A DNA stretch of 64,000 bases from Octopus vulgaris (GCA_951406725.2 OX597818.1:129022001-129086000), one strand, 5' to 3'; counted from the first letter of the stretch, positions 1 to 12,667 are shown. The notes: a model not told the origin generated them from the letters alone. A program made the numbers and translations.

Positions 1-291
1 GTTCGACCCACTAGAAATAGCAGCCAGGGCTCCAACCGCAAATAGTAGTAATTCCGAAATCAGAGGAAAAATTGAAAAAACATTTACCCTGTTTTTTCCT
101 CTGATTTTGGAATTACTACTATTTGCGGTTGGAGCCCTGGCTGCTATTTCTAGTGGGTCGAACGGCCTATTGTAGCCGTTCCTCAATTGTTGTTGAATTT
201 ATTAATAGTCTCTGACTATTTCCTCTTTCTCACTAGACCGCTGGTGGCAAAATAATTTCTATTGAATTTTTTGCTACCCTAAATTGATTAA
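1..291 (+). mobile_element. Fold-back Penelope-like (pLTR-type) fragment ending in (TA)n; truncated by window start
   Basis: 1-70 is the reverse complement of about 93-163 (gttcgacccactagaaatagcagcc... / ...ggctgctatttctagtgggtcgaac). Carries the GCTGCTATTTCTAG motif shared with other fold-back elements and runs into (TA)n at about 292. Confidence 0.55.
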
Positions 292-317
292 TATATATAT
301 ATATATATATATATACA

Positions 318-478
318 ATGGACTTCTTTCAGTTTCTGTCTACCAAATCCATTGACAAAGCCTTGGTCAGCCTGAGGCTATAGTAGAAGACGCTTGCCCA
401 AGATGTCACAGAGTGGGATTAAACCTGGAACCATGTGGGTGGGAAGTGAGCTTCTTACCACACAGCCATGCCTGCACC
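318..478 (-). mobile_element. SINE family A, 5' half
   Basis: Matches the repeated family A sequence (tttcagtttc..taccaaatccac..caaggc..tatagtagaagacacttgcccaagg..accacacagcc). Confidence 0.85.
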
Positions 479-914
479 TAATGGTTAGACTTATTTGTAT
501 ACCATGTATAGAAATACCATTTGTATACCATTTCTGACAATGACGATGACGACGACGATGATGATGATGATGATTATAAAGACCATGATCAGTGCTGCTT
601 AAGGCATCAAGGGAAGTGTGGGCACACAGTAATTGTAAATGGTTTATGGTACAAAAGAATTCACTTAAAACATGCTAAAATAAGCATTATTGAATGTGCC
701 TTTCCAAAGGCAGATATTATCTTTCATATATTCTTAATATATGACAAATTGCTCAGCTGAGCATTCATTTTCGCAGTTGAAGAATATTAAAAATACCATC
801 AGAACAACTATGCAACAAGGCAGGTTGGATGCCTTATCTCTACCAAGTATAGAAGCAGATGTGTTATGTAAGATTAATTTTGAGGATCAGATCAAAGACT
901 TTGCAATTAGAAGC

Positions 915-1172
915 ATCGCCTGGCCCCGTGCCAGTGACACGTAAAAGCACCATCCGTTCGTGGCCGTTTGCCAGCTCTGTCTGGCACCTGTGCAGGTGGC
1001 ACGTAAAAACACCCACTACACTCGCGGAGTGGTTGGCGTTAGGAAGGGCATCCAGCCGTAGAAACACTGCCAGATCTGACTGGGCCTGACGAAGCCTTCC
1101 AGCTTCACAGACCCCTGTTGACCCGTCCAACCCATGCTAGCATGGAAAGCGGACGCTAAATGATGATGATGA
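915..1172 (+). mobile_element. Short retroelement family D ((TGA)n tail, RTE-like 3' end)
   Basis: ggttggcgttaggaagggcatccagc..ccaacccatgctagcatggaaagcggacg..(tga)n. The same sequence recurs at 3472, 5748, 9037, 25640, 31165, 43220 and 52690. Confidence 0.8.
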
Positions 1173-1257
1173 AGAGAAAACTTTTCAAATATAAATAAAG
1201 CAGGAGTATATAAAACGAAAATACTATTTTCCATTGTACTGTTAGTTTGGCTTCATT

Positions 1258-1655
1258 TTACTCTTTACTCTTTTTACTCTTTTACTTGTTTCAGTCATTT
1301 GACTGCGGTCATGCTGGAGCACCACCTTTAGCCGAGCAAATCGATCCTAGGACTTATTCTTTGTAAGCCTATAAATTATTCTAGCGGTCATTTTTACTGA
1401 ACTGCTAAGTTATGGGGACGTAAACACACCAGCATCGGTTGTCAAGCCATGTTGGGGGGACAAACACACACACACACACACATACATATACATATATATG
1501 ATGGCCTTCTTTCAGTTTCCGTCTACCAAATCCACTCACAAGGCTTTGGTCGGCCCGAGGCTATAGTAGAAGACACTTGCCCAAGGTGCCATGCAGTGGG
1601 ACTGAACCTGGAACCATATGGTTGGTAAGCAAGCTACTTACCACACAGCCACTCT
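1258..1655 (-). mobile_element. SINE family A, full length
   Basis: tRNA-like head (ggctgtgtggtaag..ggttcagtccc on the minus strand), CCTTGGGCAAGT central box, internal (TA)/(CA) microsatellite, tail TGACTGAAACAAGTAAAAGAG with short repeats. Confidence 0.9.
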
Positions 1656-1874
1656 TGTACATATTTTGGACATAAAAAATTTATTTAATGGTTTATAATT
1701 GTTTATATTTTTGAATTACATATATATAAGGGGGTACAAAAATGTTTTAAGTGCTTAGGAGCCTCAATGGGTTTTGATCTGGCCCTGACTGTGATGGAGA
1801 GGTTGGTGGTGATGACAATGGTAATGAATACTGTTGAATGTGATAGCTGTGGCAGTGATAATCTTCTATCATTC

Positions 1875-2255
1875 ACTCCTTTTAGTCATTGGACTGTGGC
1901 CATGTTGGGGCACTGCCTTGAAAGATTTAGTAGACAAACAAACCCAGGCACTGAATGTTTGTCTAAGCCTAGTATTTGTTCTATTGACATCTTTTACTGA
2001 ACAGGTAAGTTATGGGAATGTAAACAAACAAAACCTCAGTCGTCAGGAGATGGTGGGGGTCAAGCACAAAGATACACATACACACACACACATATGTACA
2101 CACACACATACACACACACACACATGATGGGCTTCTTTCAGTTTCCATCTACCAGATCCACTAACAAGATTTTGTTCAGCCTGAGTCTAGAGTAGAAGAC
2201 ATTGGCTTGAGGTGGAACTGAACCTAGAACCATGTGGTTGAGAAGCAAGCTTCTT
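1875..2255 (-). mobile_element. SINE family A, head interrupted by a family B SINE
   Basis: Family A sequence stops at aagcttctta (about 2255) and resumes as cttaccacacagc at about 2669. Confidence 0.8.
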
Positions 2256-2669
2256 ATTTCTTTATTGCCCACAAGGAGCTAAACACAGAGGGGACAAACA
2301 AGGACAGACAAAGGGATTAAGTCGATTACATCGACCCCAGTGCGTAACTGGTACTTAATTTATCGACCCTGAAAAGATGAAAGGCAAAGTCGACCTCGGC
2401 AGAATTTGAACTCAGAATGTAATGGCAGACAAAATACCTATTTCTTTACTACCCACAAGGGGCTAAACACAGAGGGGATAAACAAGGACAGACACACGAA
2501 TTAAGTCGATTACATCGACCCCAGTGCGTAACTGGTACTTAATTTATCGACCCTGAAAAGATGAAAGGCAAAGTCGACCTTGGTGGAATTTGAACTCAGA
2601 ACGTAATGGCAGACAAAATACCGCTAAGCATTTTGCCCGGCGTGCTAACATTTCTGCCAGCTCGCCGCC
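2256..2669 (-). mobile_element. SINE family B, full copy plus tandem 3' duplicate
   Basis: Reverse complement of aaggcggcgagctggcagaa..gagttcaaattcc..gactttgcctttcatc..tgtgggtagtaaagaaata; about 185 bp of the 3' part is present twice. Confidence 0.9.
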
Positions 2670-3032
2670 TTACCACACAGCTTCTTACCTCACAGATATG
2701 TATAGGAGTGATAGTGATGTTACTGACAATGATGGTGATGATGACGATGGTAAAGATTTGTGTAGAATGTAGAGTTTGCTGTAATGATGATGATAATGAT
2801 GATGGTGATGGTGATGGTATTTTAAAGTAAAATATTTCTGATTTGACTTAAGCACAAGAAAAAAAAAGAAGAAAATACAAAAGAAACAAACATTTTTTTT
2901 AAGAAATAAAGTATTTTTTGCAGGTTTCCAGCAAGCAATAACTACATCTAGGATATACTTCAGTAGTTTATAGTAATGATTTTGAAAAACACTATGCATG
3001 TGTGTTTGTGTATATGTATACATATACATACA

Positions 3033-3068
<36 letters not shown>

Positions 3069-3471
3069 TATACATACACATACGCACACATATGCACACA
3101 CATACATATATACATATATGTATGATCATGTGCATGTATGTATGTTTAGAGAAAAATCAATATATATCAGCTCATAAAACCAATGGTCAGCAAAATATTT
3201 TTGTTTGATTTACATATCGCAAATGAAATAAAATATTGCATCTTAAATACACTAGAATAATTAATTATAAATGTGTATCTATGTATAGGCATGAAATTCA
3301 TCACTATTATCGCACAGTCACATGCTCACAACACCCTGGCTCATAAATATGGATGATTGGTTCTCTGTCATTTTCCAACAATGAGGATTCAGTTGTTTAA
3401 TCAACTAAATTACCTGTTCATTGAATTAGTGTAAGTGGTTGAGTATTCCACAGACCACATATCCTTAGTGT

Positions 3472-4131
3472 AGGCCAGCGCTGCCTCGACTGGCTTCTGT
3501 GCTGGTGGCACATAAAAAGCACCATCCGAACGTGGCCGATGCCAGCGCCGCCTCGACTGGCTTCTGTGCTGGTGGCACATACAAAGCACCATCCGAACGT
3601 GGCCGATGCCAGCGCCGCCTTGACTGGCTTCCGTGCCGGTGGCACGTTAAAAGCACCAACCGATTGTGGCCGATGCCAGACTCCCCTGGCACCTGTGCCG
3701 GTGGCACGCAAAAAGCACCCACTACACTTGCGGAGTGGTTGGCGTTAGGAAGGGCATCCAGCTGTAGAAACACTGCCAGATCAGACTGGAGCCTGGTGCA
3801 GCCCCTGGCTTCCCAGACCCCAGTCGAACCGTCCAACCCAGTGATTCCCAAGGTGGGGCGTACGCCCCACTGGTGGGGCCTGAGAAAATTCAGGTGGGGC
3901 GCGGGGCATAGACGTGGGCTGTGAAAATATTTGTACATGACGAGCGGTCATCGCGGGCACAACCTTAGATTTACATGTACTTGTAAATGTGAGTGGACAT
4001 GGGAAAAGGTGGGGCGTAAAAACTTTTGCTATGAAAAAGTGGGGCGCCGGGAAAAAAGGTTGGGAAACACTGGTCCAACCCATGCTAGCACGGAAAACGG
4101 ATGTTAAACGATGATGATGATGATGATGATG
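3472..4131 (+). mobile_element. Family D retroelement with internal ~68-bp tandem repeats; hosts a hAT MITE
   Basis: Three or more copies of gccagcgccgcctcgactggcttctgtgctggtggcac..gcaccatccgaacgtggccgat, then the family D body and (tga)n tail. Confidence 0.8.
3839..4072. mobile_element. Non-autonomous hAT MITE (234 bp)
   Basis: TIRs CAGTGATTCCCAA / TTGGGAAACACTG; perfect 8-bp TSD GTCCAACC at 3831-3838 and 4073-4080. Confidence 0.92.
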
Positions 4132-4486
4132 AATCTGTATGACGCAGTATTGTGTTGTATTGTGCAATCTACTTTATGGGATTCTATGCAGTTTCCACCT
4201 GCCCTATTTCACTCACAAGATATGAGTTGATCCAAGGTTGTAGAAAATGATGTCCATCAAAATTGCTACATAGTGAGATTGAACCTATGATCATTTGGTT
4301 GCAAGGTGAATTTCTTAACCTTTTGGCTACGCTGCACACCTATATACACACATACACACATATATGTAAATCATTAGATATCTAATGAGATGCATCACTA
4401 TTTTGTCTTCCTATGTTACTGGAAACAGAGTGTTCAATGTAATATGCATATCTAAATATATTTACATACATTTTGGGTAGGTCAAA

Positions 4487-4845
4487 TATGTCTCAAACAT
4501 ATTTGAACTGACCTGATAGTTTGTTCTTTTCACAATACTGCTTTGAATGCAGACCATGTATTTTGCTTAAGCCTTGCAACCATACAACACAATCAGCGGA
4601 TACTTTCTATTGATTCCTTATAAGGAAGTGAAAGCTTCCACTCATTTCGGAGTAGTCTTCCTTAGTATCTAATACTGATGAGGGCGTAAAGATCTTGAAA
4701 TCATATATTAGTCCATAGGAGATGCTCTGAAATGACTTTTAGTATTTTACCTCTTTCTCCTAAAGCAAGAATTTTCCTCCATGGCAGAGCACAATGAAAA
4801 TGGTCTTTTTACAGATTAACTATGTCCCAAATATATTTGAACTGA
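4487..4845 (+). mobile_element. ~334-bp unit with terminal direct repeat and degenerate hammerhead core (pLTR/retrozyme-like)
   Basis: tatgtc.caaa.atatttgaactga at 4487 and 4821. CTGATGA..GAAA..GTC at about 4675-4713 lies inside the stem tcatttcggagta / tgctctgaaatga. Confidence 0.45.
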
Positions 4846-5031
4846 TTTAAAAGGTTGTTTATATAGAATTTGTTACAGAAAAACTGGTACAATTACAAAT
4901 CAAATACCAAAATACACATCAAAATGAATATAATAATTAGATTTGTATAGCAGAATGGTTATTCTTATAATCTAGTACCCAGAAGAGGTACTCATTCAAC
5001 TAATCTAAATCCACATGTAAAGGTAGAAACC

Positions 5032-5062
<31 letters not shown>

Positions 5063-5324
5063 CCAGATGGCTATAGACTGGTAACTGATAACAGACATTA
5101 CTATTTAGGACTTTTAATACATTATTATGAACTAGGTATCTCAAAGGTGCAGATACCCATAATGTATGTTTAAGAAATCTGCTTCCCAACCATATGGTTT
5201 TGGTTTCAGCACCCCTGTACAGCACTTGGGTAAGTGTTTTCCACTACAACTCTAGGCCAACCAAAGCTGTGAGTGAATTTGGTAGGCAGAAACGGTAATT
5301 GAAAGAAGCTCATTGTATACATAC

Positions 5325-5620
5325 ATGGTGGTTGTCTACTCTCTATGCAGAGTCTGATCACCTCTTGTATTTACAGCTTAGGTCTATCATGGCATCTGAT
5401 GTGGCTTTTTAAACCAGACAATGTTTTGAAAAGACACCCACATAAATTGCATATCTGCTTTGGACCACCAAGAGTTGTAGTTAAGTTCTGATCTTTGTGG
5501 ATCTTAAAATGTCTTTTGAGGCCTCCGTTATATTTGCAGACCTTAAGACATACATGGCGTTTGACAGGTATGCACAGGTAGAGAGGCAGAGCAGTTGGTG
5601 GAGGTTCATTTTTCAAGGGT
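5325..5620 (-). pseudogene. 3' end of an RTE-type LINE with two C2H2-like zinc fingers
   Basis: Translates to ..CK YNGGLKRHFKIH..CNLCGCLFKTLSGLKSHIRCH-stop with no TGEKP linker, followed by a short 3' UTR running into microsatellite. Fragments are re-copied at 6454-6860. Confidence 0.6.
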
Positions 5621-5747
5621 CCAAAAATGAGATTTGAGCTCAGCAAAAGAAAGGCATGGTCTGTCACGAATTGTGCACACGAAAAAGTGATTTGGATTCA
5701 TTTTCTCATTTATTGTTGTATTGTTCTTTAAATATATACATACATAT

Positions 5748-5897
5748 GGTGTTAGGAAGGGCATCCAGCTGTAGAAACTCTGCCAAATCAAGATTGGAGC
5801 CTGGTGCAGCCATCTGATTCGCTAGCCCTCAGTCAAAATCGTCCAACCCATGCTAGCATGTAAAGCAGACGTTAAACGATGATGATGATGATGATGA
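5748..5897 (+). mobile_element. Family D retroelement, 5'-truncated
   Basis: gttaggaagggcatccagctgtagaaac..ccaacccatgctagcatg..(gat)n. Confidence 0.8.
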
Positions 5898-6189
5898 CAT
5901 ACATGCATGCATACATACTTACTTCTATCAAGTGCGAACATAGTAGGCAGGATATCATTGTTATAATGTGAGCAGTTGAATATTTTATTGACATGAGTAC
6001 CTTTAATGTAAATCTCAAGACAGAATCAAATTGAAAAAGCCAGGTTCTTGGATTATAGGGACATTCCATCCAACAGCCTTCTGTACAGCTTTTGTTTGTC
6101 CATTTTTTACTTTTATTAATCAGTAACACACACACACAAACATTGCATATACATACAAATAAATTGATGTATATATATGTATGTATGTA

Positions 6190-6238
<49 letters not shown>

Positions 6239-6326
6239 TTAGAGACAAAACCACTATTATGCAAATCAAACAAAGAAAGACTTAATCCAATACATAAAAA
6301 ATTTTATATAAATTAAATAAAATCAA

Positions 6327-6986
6327 GTTTCAGTCATTAGACTGCAGCCATGCTGGGGCACTGCCTTGACGAATTTTTAGTCAAATGGATCAACCTCAGT
6401 ACTTATTTTTTAAGCCTAGTACTTATTCTATCGGTCTCTTTTACCAAACTGCTAATGTTTTGAAAAGACACCCACATAGATTGGATGGAATGTCCCTGTG
6501 ATCCAAGAAACTGGCTTTTTCAATTTGATTCTGTCTTGAGATTTACATTAAAGGTACTCATGTCAATAAATATATATGTCTGTTAAGGCCTCTGTTAAAT
6601 TTGCAGACCTTATGACATACATGGCATTGACAGCTATGTACAGGTAGATAGGCAGAGAAGTTATTGGAGGTTCATTTTTCACCAATTATTCTGCTTATAT
6701 GTCTGTGCACACATTTCAATGCAATGTATGCCAGAGGGCCTGCAAATCTAAAGGAGGCCTCAAAAGACATTTTAAGATCCACAAAGATCAGAACTTAACT
6801 GCAGCTCTTGGCGGTCCAAATCAGAGGTGCAATCTATGTGGGTGTCTTTTCAAAACATTAGCAGTTTGGTAAAAGAGACCGATAGAATAAGTACTAGGCT
6901 TAAAAAATAAGTACTGAGGTTGATTTATTCGACTAAAAATTCGTCAAGGCAGTGCCCCAGCATGGCTGCAGTCTAATGACTGAAAC
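6327..6986. repeat. ~155-bp inverted repeat (SINE A tail + RTE zinc-finger fragment) enclosing locally copied segments
   Basis: 6327-6483 is the near-perfect reverse complement of 6830-6986. Confidence 0.85.
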
Positions 6987-7085
6987 AGGTAAAAGATAAA
7001 AGCTACATATACACTGGTAAAAACACACATTATATAAGTTGATAGTTCATATATTTACACATTATGCATCCACGAATGAATGTAT

Positions 7086-7118
<33 letters not shown>

Positions 7119-7729
7119 TACAGTCACACGTATAAGGCGAAGGGGAAATATCTACATACATATATACACATACACACATGTACACACATACAGTTACACA
7201 TATAAGGCGAAGGAGAACTATCTACATACATATACGCACAAACACACATGCACGTATATATTGTAAGCATTCATAATGACAAACAAACATAAACACACAT
7301 GTACATTCACAAACACTTATAGATGCAACCCCGCTCCCCCCATAGGTGTGCGAGAAGTTCGCCTTCAGTACACAAAAACACAAACATAGCAACATACACA
7401 CAACAAGTTAAAAGAGCAATTAGATATAATTGTTATGCTATTTCCATTGCTATTGTAATATAGTATACAGGAAACTGAAGTGCTATTGTTTCAGGATAAG
7501 CTGTAGAAGCTGTGGTAGTGGTGGTGGTGTTGGTGGTTGTAAGGGGTAGAGGTTGGTGGTGCATCGGTGATAGAGAAGTGGTGATAGATGTGGCTGTGAT
7601 TGTGGCATTAGGATGGGTGGGGGTGGTGGTGGAAGATAGATGCCTGCGTTGGGAGTGGGGTGGGGTGGGGCTGGGGGGTAGGGTCACTGGCAGGCCGGGT
7701 GGGTGGGTGGTTGGGTGGGTGGGTCATTC

Positions 7730-8222
7730 GTAGAGGAAGGAGGTAAAGGGGAAAGAACAGAAGCAAGTGCAAAGAAGAAGAAGTGGAGGAGGAAGGAGAA
7801 AATGATGATGGAGAAGAGGATGAAGAAAATGGAGAAGAAGAAAATGAAGAAGAAAAAGGAGAAGAAAAGAAGAAGAAGAAGAAGAAGAAGAAGAAGAAGA
7901 AGAAGAAGGAGGAAGGAGAAAATGATGATGGAGGAGAGGAAGAAGAAAATGAAGGAGAAGAAGAAGAAGAAGAGAAGAAGAAGAAGAAGAAGAAGAAGAA
8001 GAAGAAGAAGAAGAAGAAGAAGAAGAAGGAGAAAATGATGATGGAGGAGAGGAAGAAGAAAATGATGAAGAAGAAGAGGAAGGAGAAGAAGAAGAAGAAG
8101 AAGAAGAAGAAGAAGAAGAAGAAGAAGAAGAAGAAGAAGAAAATGATGATGAAAACGAAAAGGAAGAAGGAGAAAAAGAAGATGATGAAGAGGAGGAAGA
8201 CAAAAAGAAGATGAAGAGGAAA
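7730..8222. repeat. (GAA)n purine-rich microsatellite with higher-order unit
   Basis: Long GAA runs interleaved with repeated ggagaaaatgatgatggaggagaggaagaagaaaatga. Confidence 0.9.
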
Positions 8223-8427
8223 ACAAAGAGAGTTATTCTGTAAAATAAATACAGTAGATAAAACAGTAGGTTGGATTCATTCAATAATGTTTACTGTTGT
8301 TTGTTTGTTTAATACATTCATTTATTGGTTTGTTTATGTGTATTTAAAAGTGTTTTGTTAATGTTTGTTAATTGTTTGTGCGTTGGGTCATTTTCAGTTT
8401 TAAATATGTTACAACAGAGAGAAATAA

Positions 8428-8431
<4 letters not shown>

Positions 8432-8504
<73 letters not shown>

Positions 8505-8609
8505 CATATATATATACATATATACATATATATATACATATATATATACATATGTATATACATATATATATACATATGTATATACATATGTATATACATA
8601 TATATATAC

Positions 8610-8648
<39 letters not shown>

Positions 8649-8829
8649 AACACACATAAGCGTTTATATATGTGCATATACATATATGTGTATATATATA
8701 TGTGTGTGTGTATATCTATAAGTATATATACATGCATATATATCATATATGTGTGTGTGTGTGTATATACATATGTGTATAAATATATATATATATGTAT
8801 ATATATAAGCATCAATATGTGTATCCATG

Positions 8830-8868
<39 letters not shown>

Positions 8869-8999
8869 ATATTTGTATATATATGTGTATGTATATACAT
8901 ATTTGTATGTATATATATATATATATATATATACATATATATATAAACACACATATAAATACATACATGTATACATATGTGTGTATATGGATGTGTGTA

Positions 9000-9035
<36 letters not shown>
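8432..9035. repeat. Compound (TA)n/(TACA)n microsatellite; representative of many such blocks, e.g. 10030-10520, 11230-11860, 21630-22200, 22730-23330, 48600-49440, 59760-60310
   Basis: Directly visible dinucleotide and tetranucleotide repeats. Confidence 0.95.
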
Positions 9036-9036
9036 C

Positions 9037-9442
9037 GCCGTCCGCCAGCCTCATCTGGCACCTGTGTCGGTGGCACATAAAAACACCATCCGAGCGTGGC
9101 CGTCTGCCAGCCTCGTCTGGCACCTGTGTCGGTGGCACATAAAAACACCATCCGAGCGTGGCCGTCTGCCAGCCTCGTCTGGCACCTGTGTCGGTGGCAC
9201 ATAAAAACACCATCCGAGCGTGGCCGTTCGCCAGCCTCGTCTGGCACCTGTGTCGGTGGCACATAAAATCACCCACTACACTCTCGGAGTGGTTGGCGTT
9301 AGGAAGGGCATCCAGCTGTAGAAACACTGCCAGATCTGACTGGCCTGGTGCAGCCTTCGGGCTCCCCAGACCCCAGTTGAACCGTCCAACCCATGCTAGC
9401 ATGGAAAACGGACGCTAAATGATGATGATGATGATGATGATG
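9037..9442 (+). mobile_element. Family D retroelement with 61-62-bp internal tandem repeats
   Basis: About 3.5 near-identical copies of gccagcctcgtctggcacctgtgtcggtggcacataaaaacaccatccgagcgtggccgtct, then body and (tga)n tail. Confidence 0.85.
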
Positions 9443-9567
9443 ATACACACAGATTGATGGTTAGACAGAAAGAGACAAAGGGAAAGGAAGAGGGAGAATA
9501 AGAGAAAGCATTTCTCTTAAGTGAAATAGACATAAACAAATTAGCATATAATAAACATTCAATATGC

Positions 9568-9607
<40 letters not shown>

Positions 9608-10049
9608 AAACAACAAAGTCAAAGGGCACGAAGTAGGAGAATATCTGGTTAAATATGTTTACCTACCTTGCAAAATTTACCCAACACCTGCACTGCCCCA
9701 CCCACCTTAAATTAACTACAGATTCATTTTGTATACAATTTTAATTTTTACTTTTTCTTTTTGAAATACTTTATTGTTTCAATATGCCGGAGTTGTTGTT
9801 GTTGTTGTTATTGTTGTTGTTGTTGATGTTGTTGTTGGTTCTTACTGTGATGATATTGTTTTCATTTTCGATGATGCCATTGTTTACGGCTCTTTAGAAA
9901 CACCTCAACAGAATTCGCAGAATGGAAACAATTATCTTGTGCAAGCTTTTATACGTAAGTACATACATACATACATACATACATACATGCATGCATACAT
10001 ATGTGTGCCTGAGAATATTTATGTATGTGTGTCTATGTATATATGTGTA

Positions 10050-10205
<156 letters not shown>

Positions 10206-10354
10206 TATATATACACACATATATATATATATATACACACATATATATATATATATGCGAGTGTGTGTGTATGCATGTATGACAGACAGGCATAAATACA
10301 AGCATATACATATATACAACACATACATATAAAACATATATGTATGTATGTATG

Positions 10355-10399
<45 letters not shown>

Positions 10400-11330
10400 G
10401 CACACAGTTTTAAATCTACACGTGTGTGTATGTATATGCATTGATTTATACACACACACACTCATATATATATACACACATATATATATATGTGTATATA
10501 TATATACATATATATATATAGATATAGATGCAATTACCTGTGATTGTTTACACAAACAAGTAAAAAATATAAGCACATATAAATATAGATATATATTCAC
10601 AAACAACAACAGATACTCATATACACACTCATATATACACATGCACCTACACCTATAGTTCATGCCCACCACCCTGTGCGTTGACCTACCTCCTCCCCAC
10701 CTTCCACAACTGATACATCACATGACAAATTGAAAATTTACAAATGTACTTATATAAAATGCTTATTCATTACGACAGATAGTAATAAATGGATAATTAG
10801 ATAAATAATAACAGGAAACTAATTATTAAGATGAAGTAATTGATAAGGGGTGGGGGTGGTGGGTGAGCGTGGGGCGTTGAGGTGAGGGGTGGGTGGGCTA
10901 GTGCATGTGAGCAAGAGGGTGGAAGGCGTTTGGAAGAGAAAATGGTGGTGGTGGTGGTGGTGGTAATGGTGGTAGTGGTGGTAGTGGTGATGGTGGTGGT
11001 GGTGGTGGTGGTGGTGGAGGTTGGACAATAGATAGATGTCAGGAGAAAATAAATGAAAGATGAAAGGGGAAGAGAAATGAGTGGGATATGGGGGAGAATG
11101 TGAGTGAGTGAGAAGAGGAGAGCAGAGGAGGAGAGAGATGAAAAAAAAGGGTTGAGTAAGGTGTAGTAAGGGGTAATTGGTAGTGGTGATGAATACAGCT
11201 GGGGATGGAGGAGAGTATAAACACCAGAGAATGTATATATATATATATATGTATGTATGTATATATATAGAAACATGCATGTATGTATGTATATGTGTGT
11301 AGATATATATGAATATGTTTGTGTGTGTAA

Positions 11331-11393
<63 letters not shown>

Positions 11394-11432
11394 GACATCT
11401 GTGTGTCAATACATATAGACACACACACACAC

Positions 11433-11475
<43 letters not shown>

Positions 11476-11477
11476 TA

Positions 11478-11526
<49 letters not shown>

Positions 11527-11555
11527 CTATATATACATATATATCTATATATATC

Positions 11556-11614
<59 letters not shown>

Positions 11615-11725
11615 GCACACACACATATACATATATGCATACATACATATTGTATACAGGTTTATATCTGTATGCATATATTTTATGTAGGTGTGCTTTT
11701 ATGTATATATGTATATATATATGCA

Positions 11726-11786
<61 letters not shown>

Positions 11787-12594
11787 TTATATATATATAT
11801 AAATATATAGACATTTATATAAACACACATACACACACATGCACATATACATATATAAAGTAAATTTGCATGCAGATGTAAACAAAACCACTTAAGTAAT
11901 ACATTCATAAGAACACACACACACACACACACACACCACACACACACACACCACACACACACACACACCACACACCACACCATACCACACACATACACAC
12001 ATGCACAAACACACATCCCGACATTCGAACACAAACACGAATACACACAAATCTATTTATATTTATTTATTTCTGAAAACATATTCTTAATTGAAACAAT
12101 CAATTTAGAGATATTATTTGAAAAATATAAATTTTAATCAAACTCATTCAACATTATTTATATTATTATTATTAACAATACAAAACTCATAGTTATTATC
12201 ACTTGCCAAAAGTTTGAGAAATTCTATTGGTAAATTTTGGAAAACTGTAAATGAGAGAATTCTGAGAGTAGATAATGGAAACAAAGGAATAAATTATCAA
12301 TATGTAATGGTGGGTGATGGGCCAGGGAGGGCCAAATTATTTTATATTCTTTACTGTTTTGAAGTTGCTTGGAGACTCAGATTTAGTTTTGTTTTTATTT
12401 ATGTATTCATTTATTTATTATGATAGGGATCAGGCGTTATGCATTATATGAGAATATGATCATGCATGCCTTTTCCAAATATATAATATGGGCACAGGCA
12501 TGGCTGTGTGGTAAGTGGCTTGCTTCCCAACCACATGGTTCCCAGTTCAGTCCCACTGTGTGGCACCTTAGGTAAGTTTCTTCTACTTGAGATT

Positions 12595-12667
12595 GGCCCT
12601 GTGGCCTAATGGATAAGGCGTCGGCCTCCGGAGCCGAAGATTGTGGGTTCAAGTCCCATCAGGGTTG
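12595..12667 (+). tRNA. tRNA-Arg (anticodon CCG), complete cloverleaf; probably a retrocopy
   Basis: Acceptor GGCCCTG/CAGGGTT, D-arm GCCT/AGGC, anticodon arm TCGGC-CTCCGGA-GCCGA, T-arm GTGGG-TTCAAGT-CCCAT, discriminator G; A and B boxes intact. Confidence 0.92.

Larger units (their letters stand above)
640..1787 (+). mobile_element. Degenerate hAT transposon 3' remnant, interrupted by two SINEs
   Basis: ORF 741-944 (TNCSAEHSFSQLKNIKNTIRTTMQQGRLDALSL..IEADVL..INFED.IKDFA) resembles the hAT C-terminal dimerisation domain. It resumes after the 915-1172 insert. The end ...tctggccctg at about 1787 resembles a CAGGGCC hAT TIR. Confidence 0.75.

Noticed and set aside
572-589. DYKDHD peptide resembling part of a 3xFLAG tag
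   Set aside because: It arises at the edge of a (GAT/GAC)n microsatellite; the rest of the tag and any vector sequence are absent.
5371-5667. Host C2H2 zinc-finger gene
   Set aside because: Only two fingers, the first frame-damaged; no TGEKP linker; ends like a LINE 3' end running into microsatellite. A host pseudogene is not fully excluded.
7684-8284. Long Glu/Lys/Arg/Ser/Leu-rich ORFs
   Set aside because: Translations of the (GAA)n tract, open in several frames on both strands.
9037-9275. Regularly spaced repeats suggesting a CRISPR array
   Set aside because: Units are contiguous with no unique spacers, no cas genes, and a eukaryotic retroelement context.
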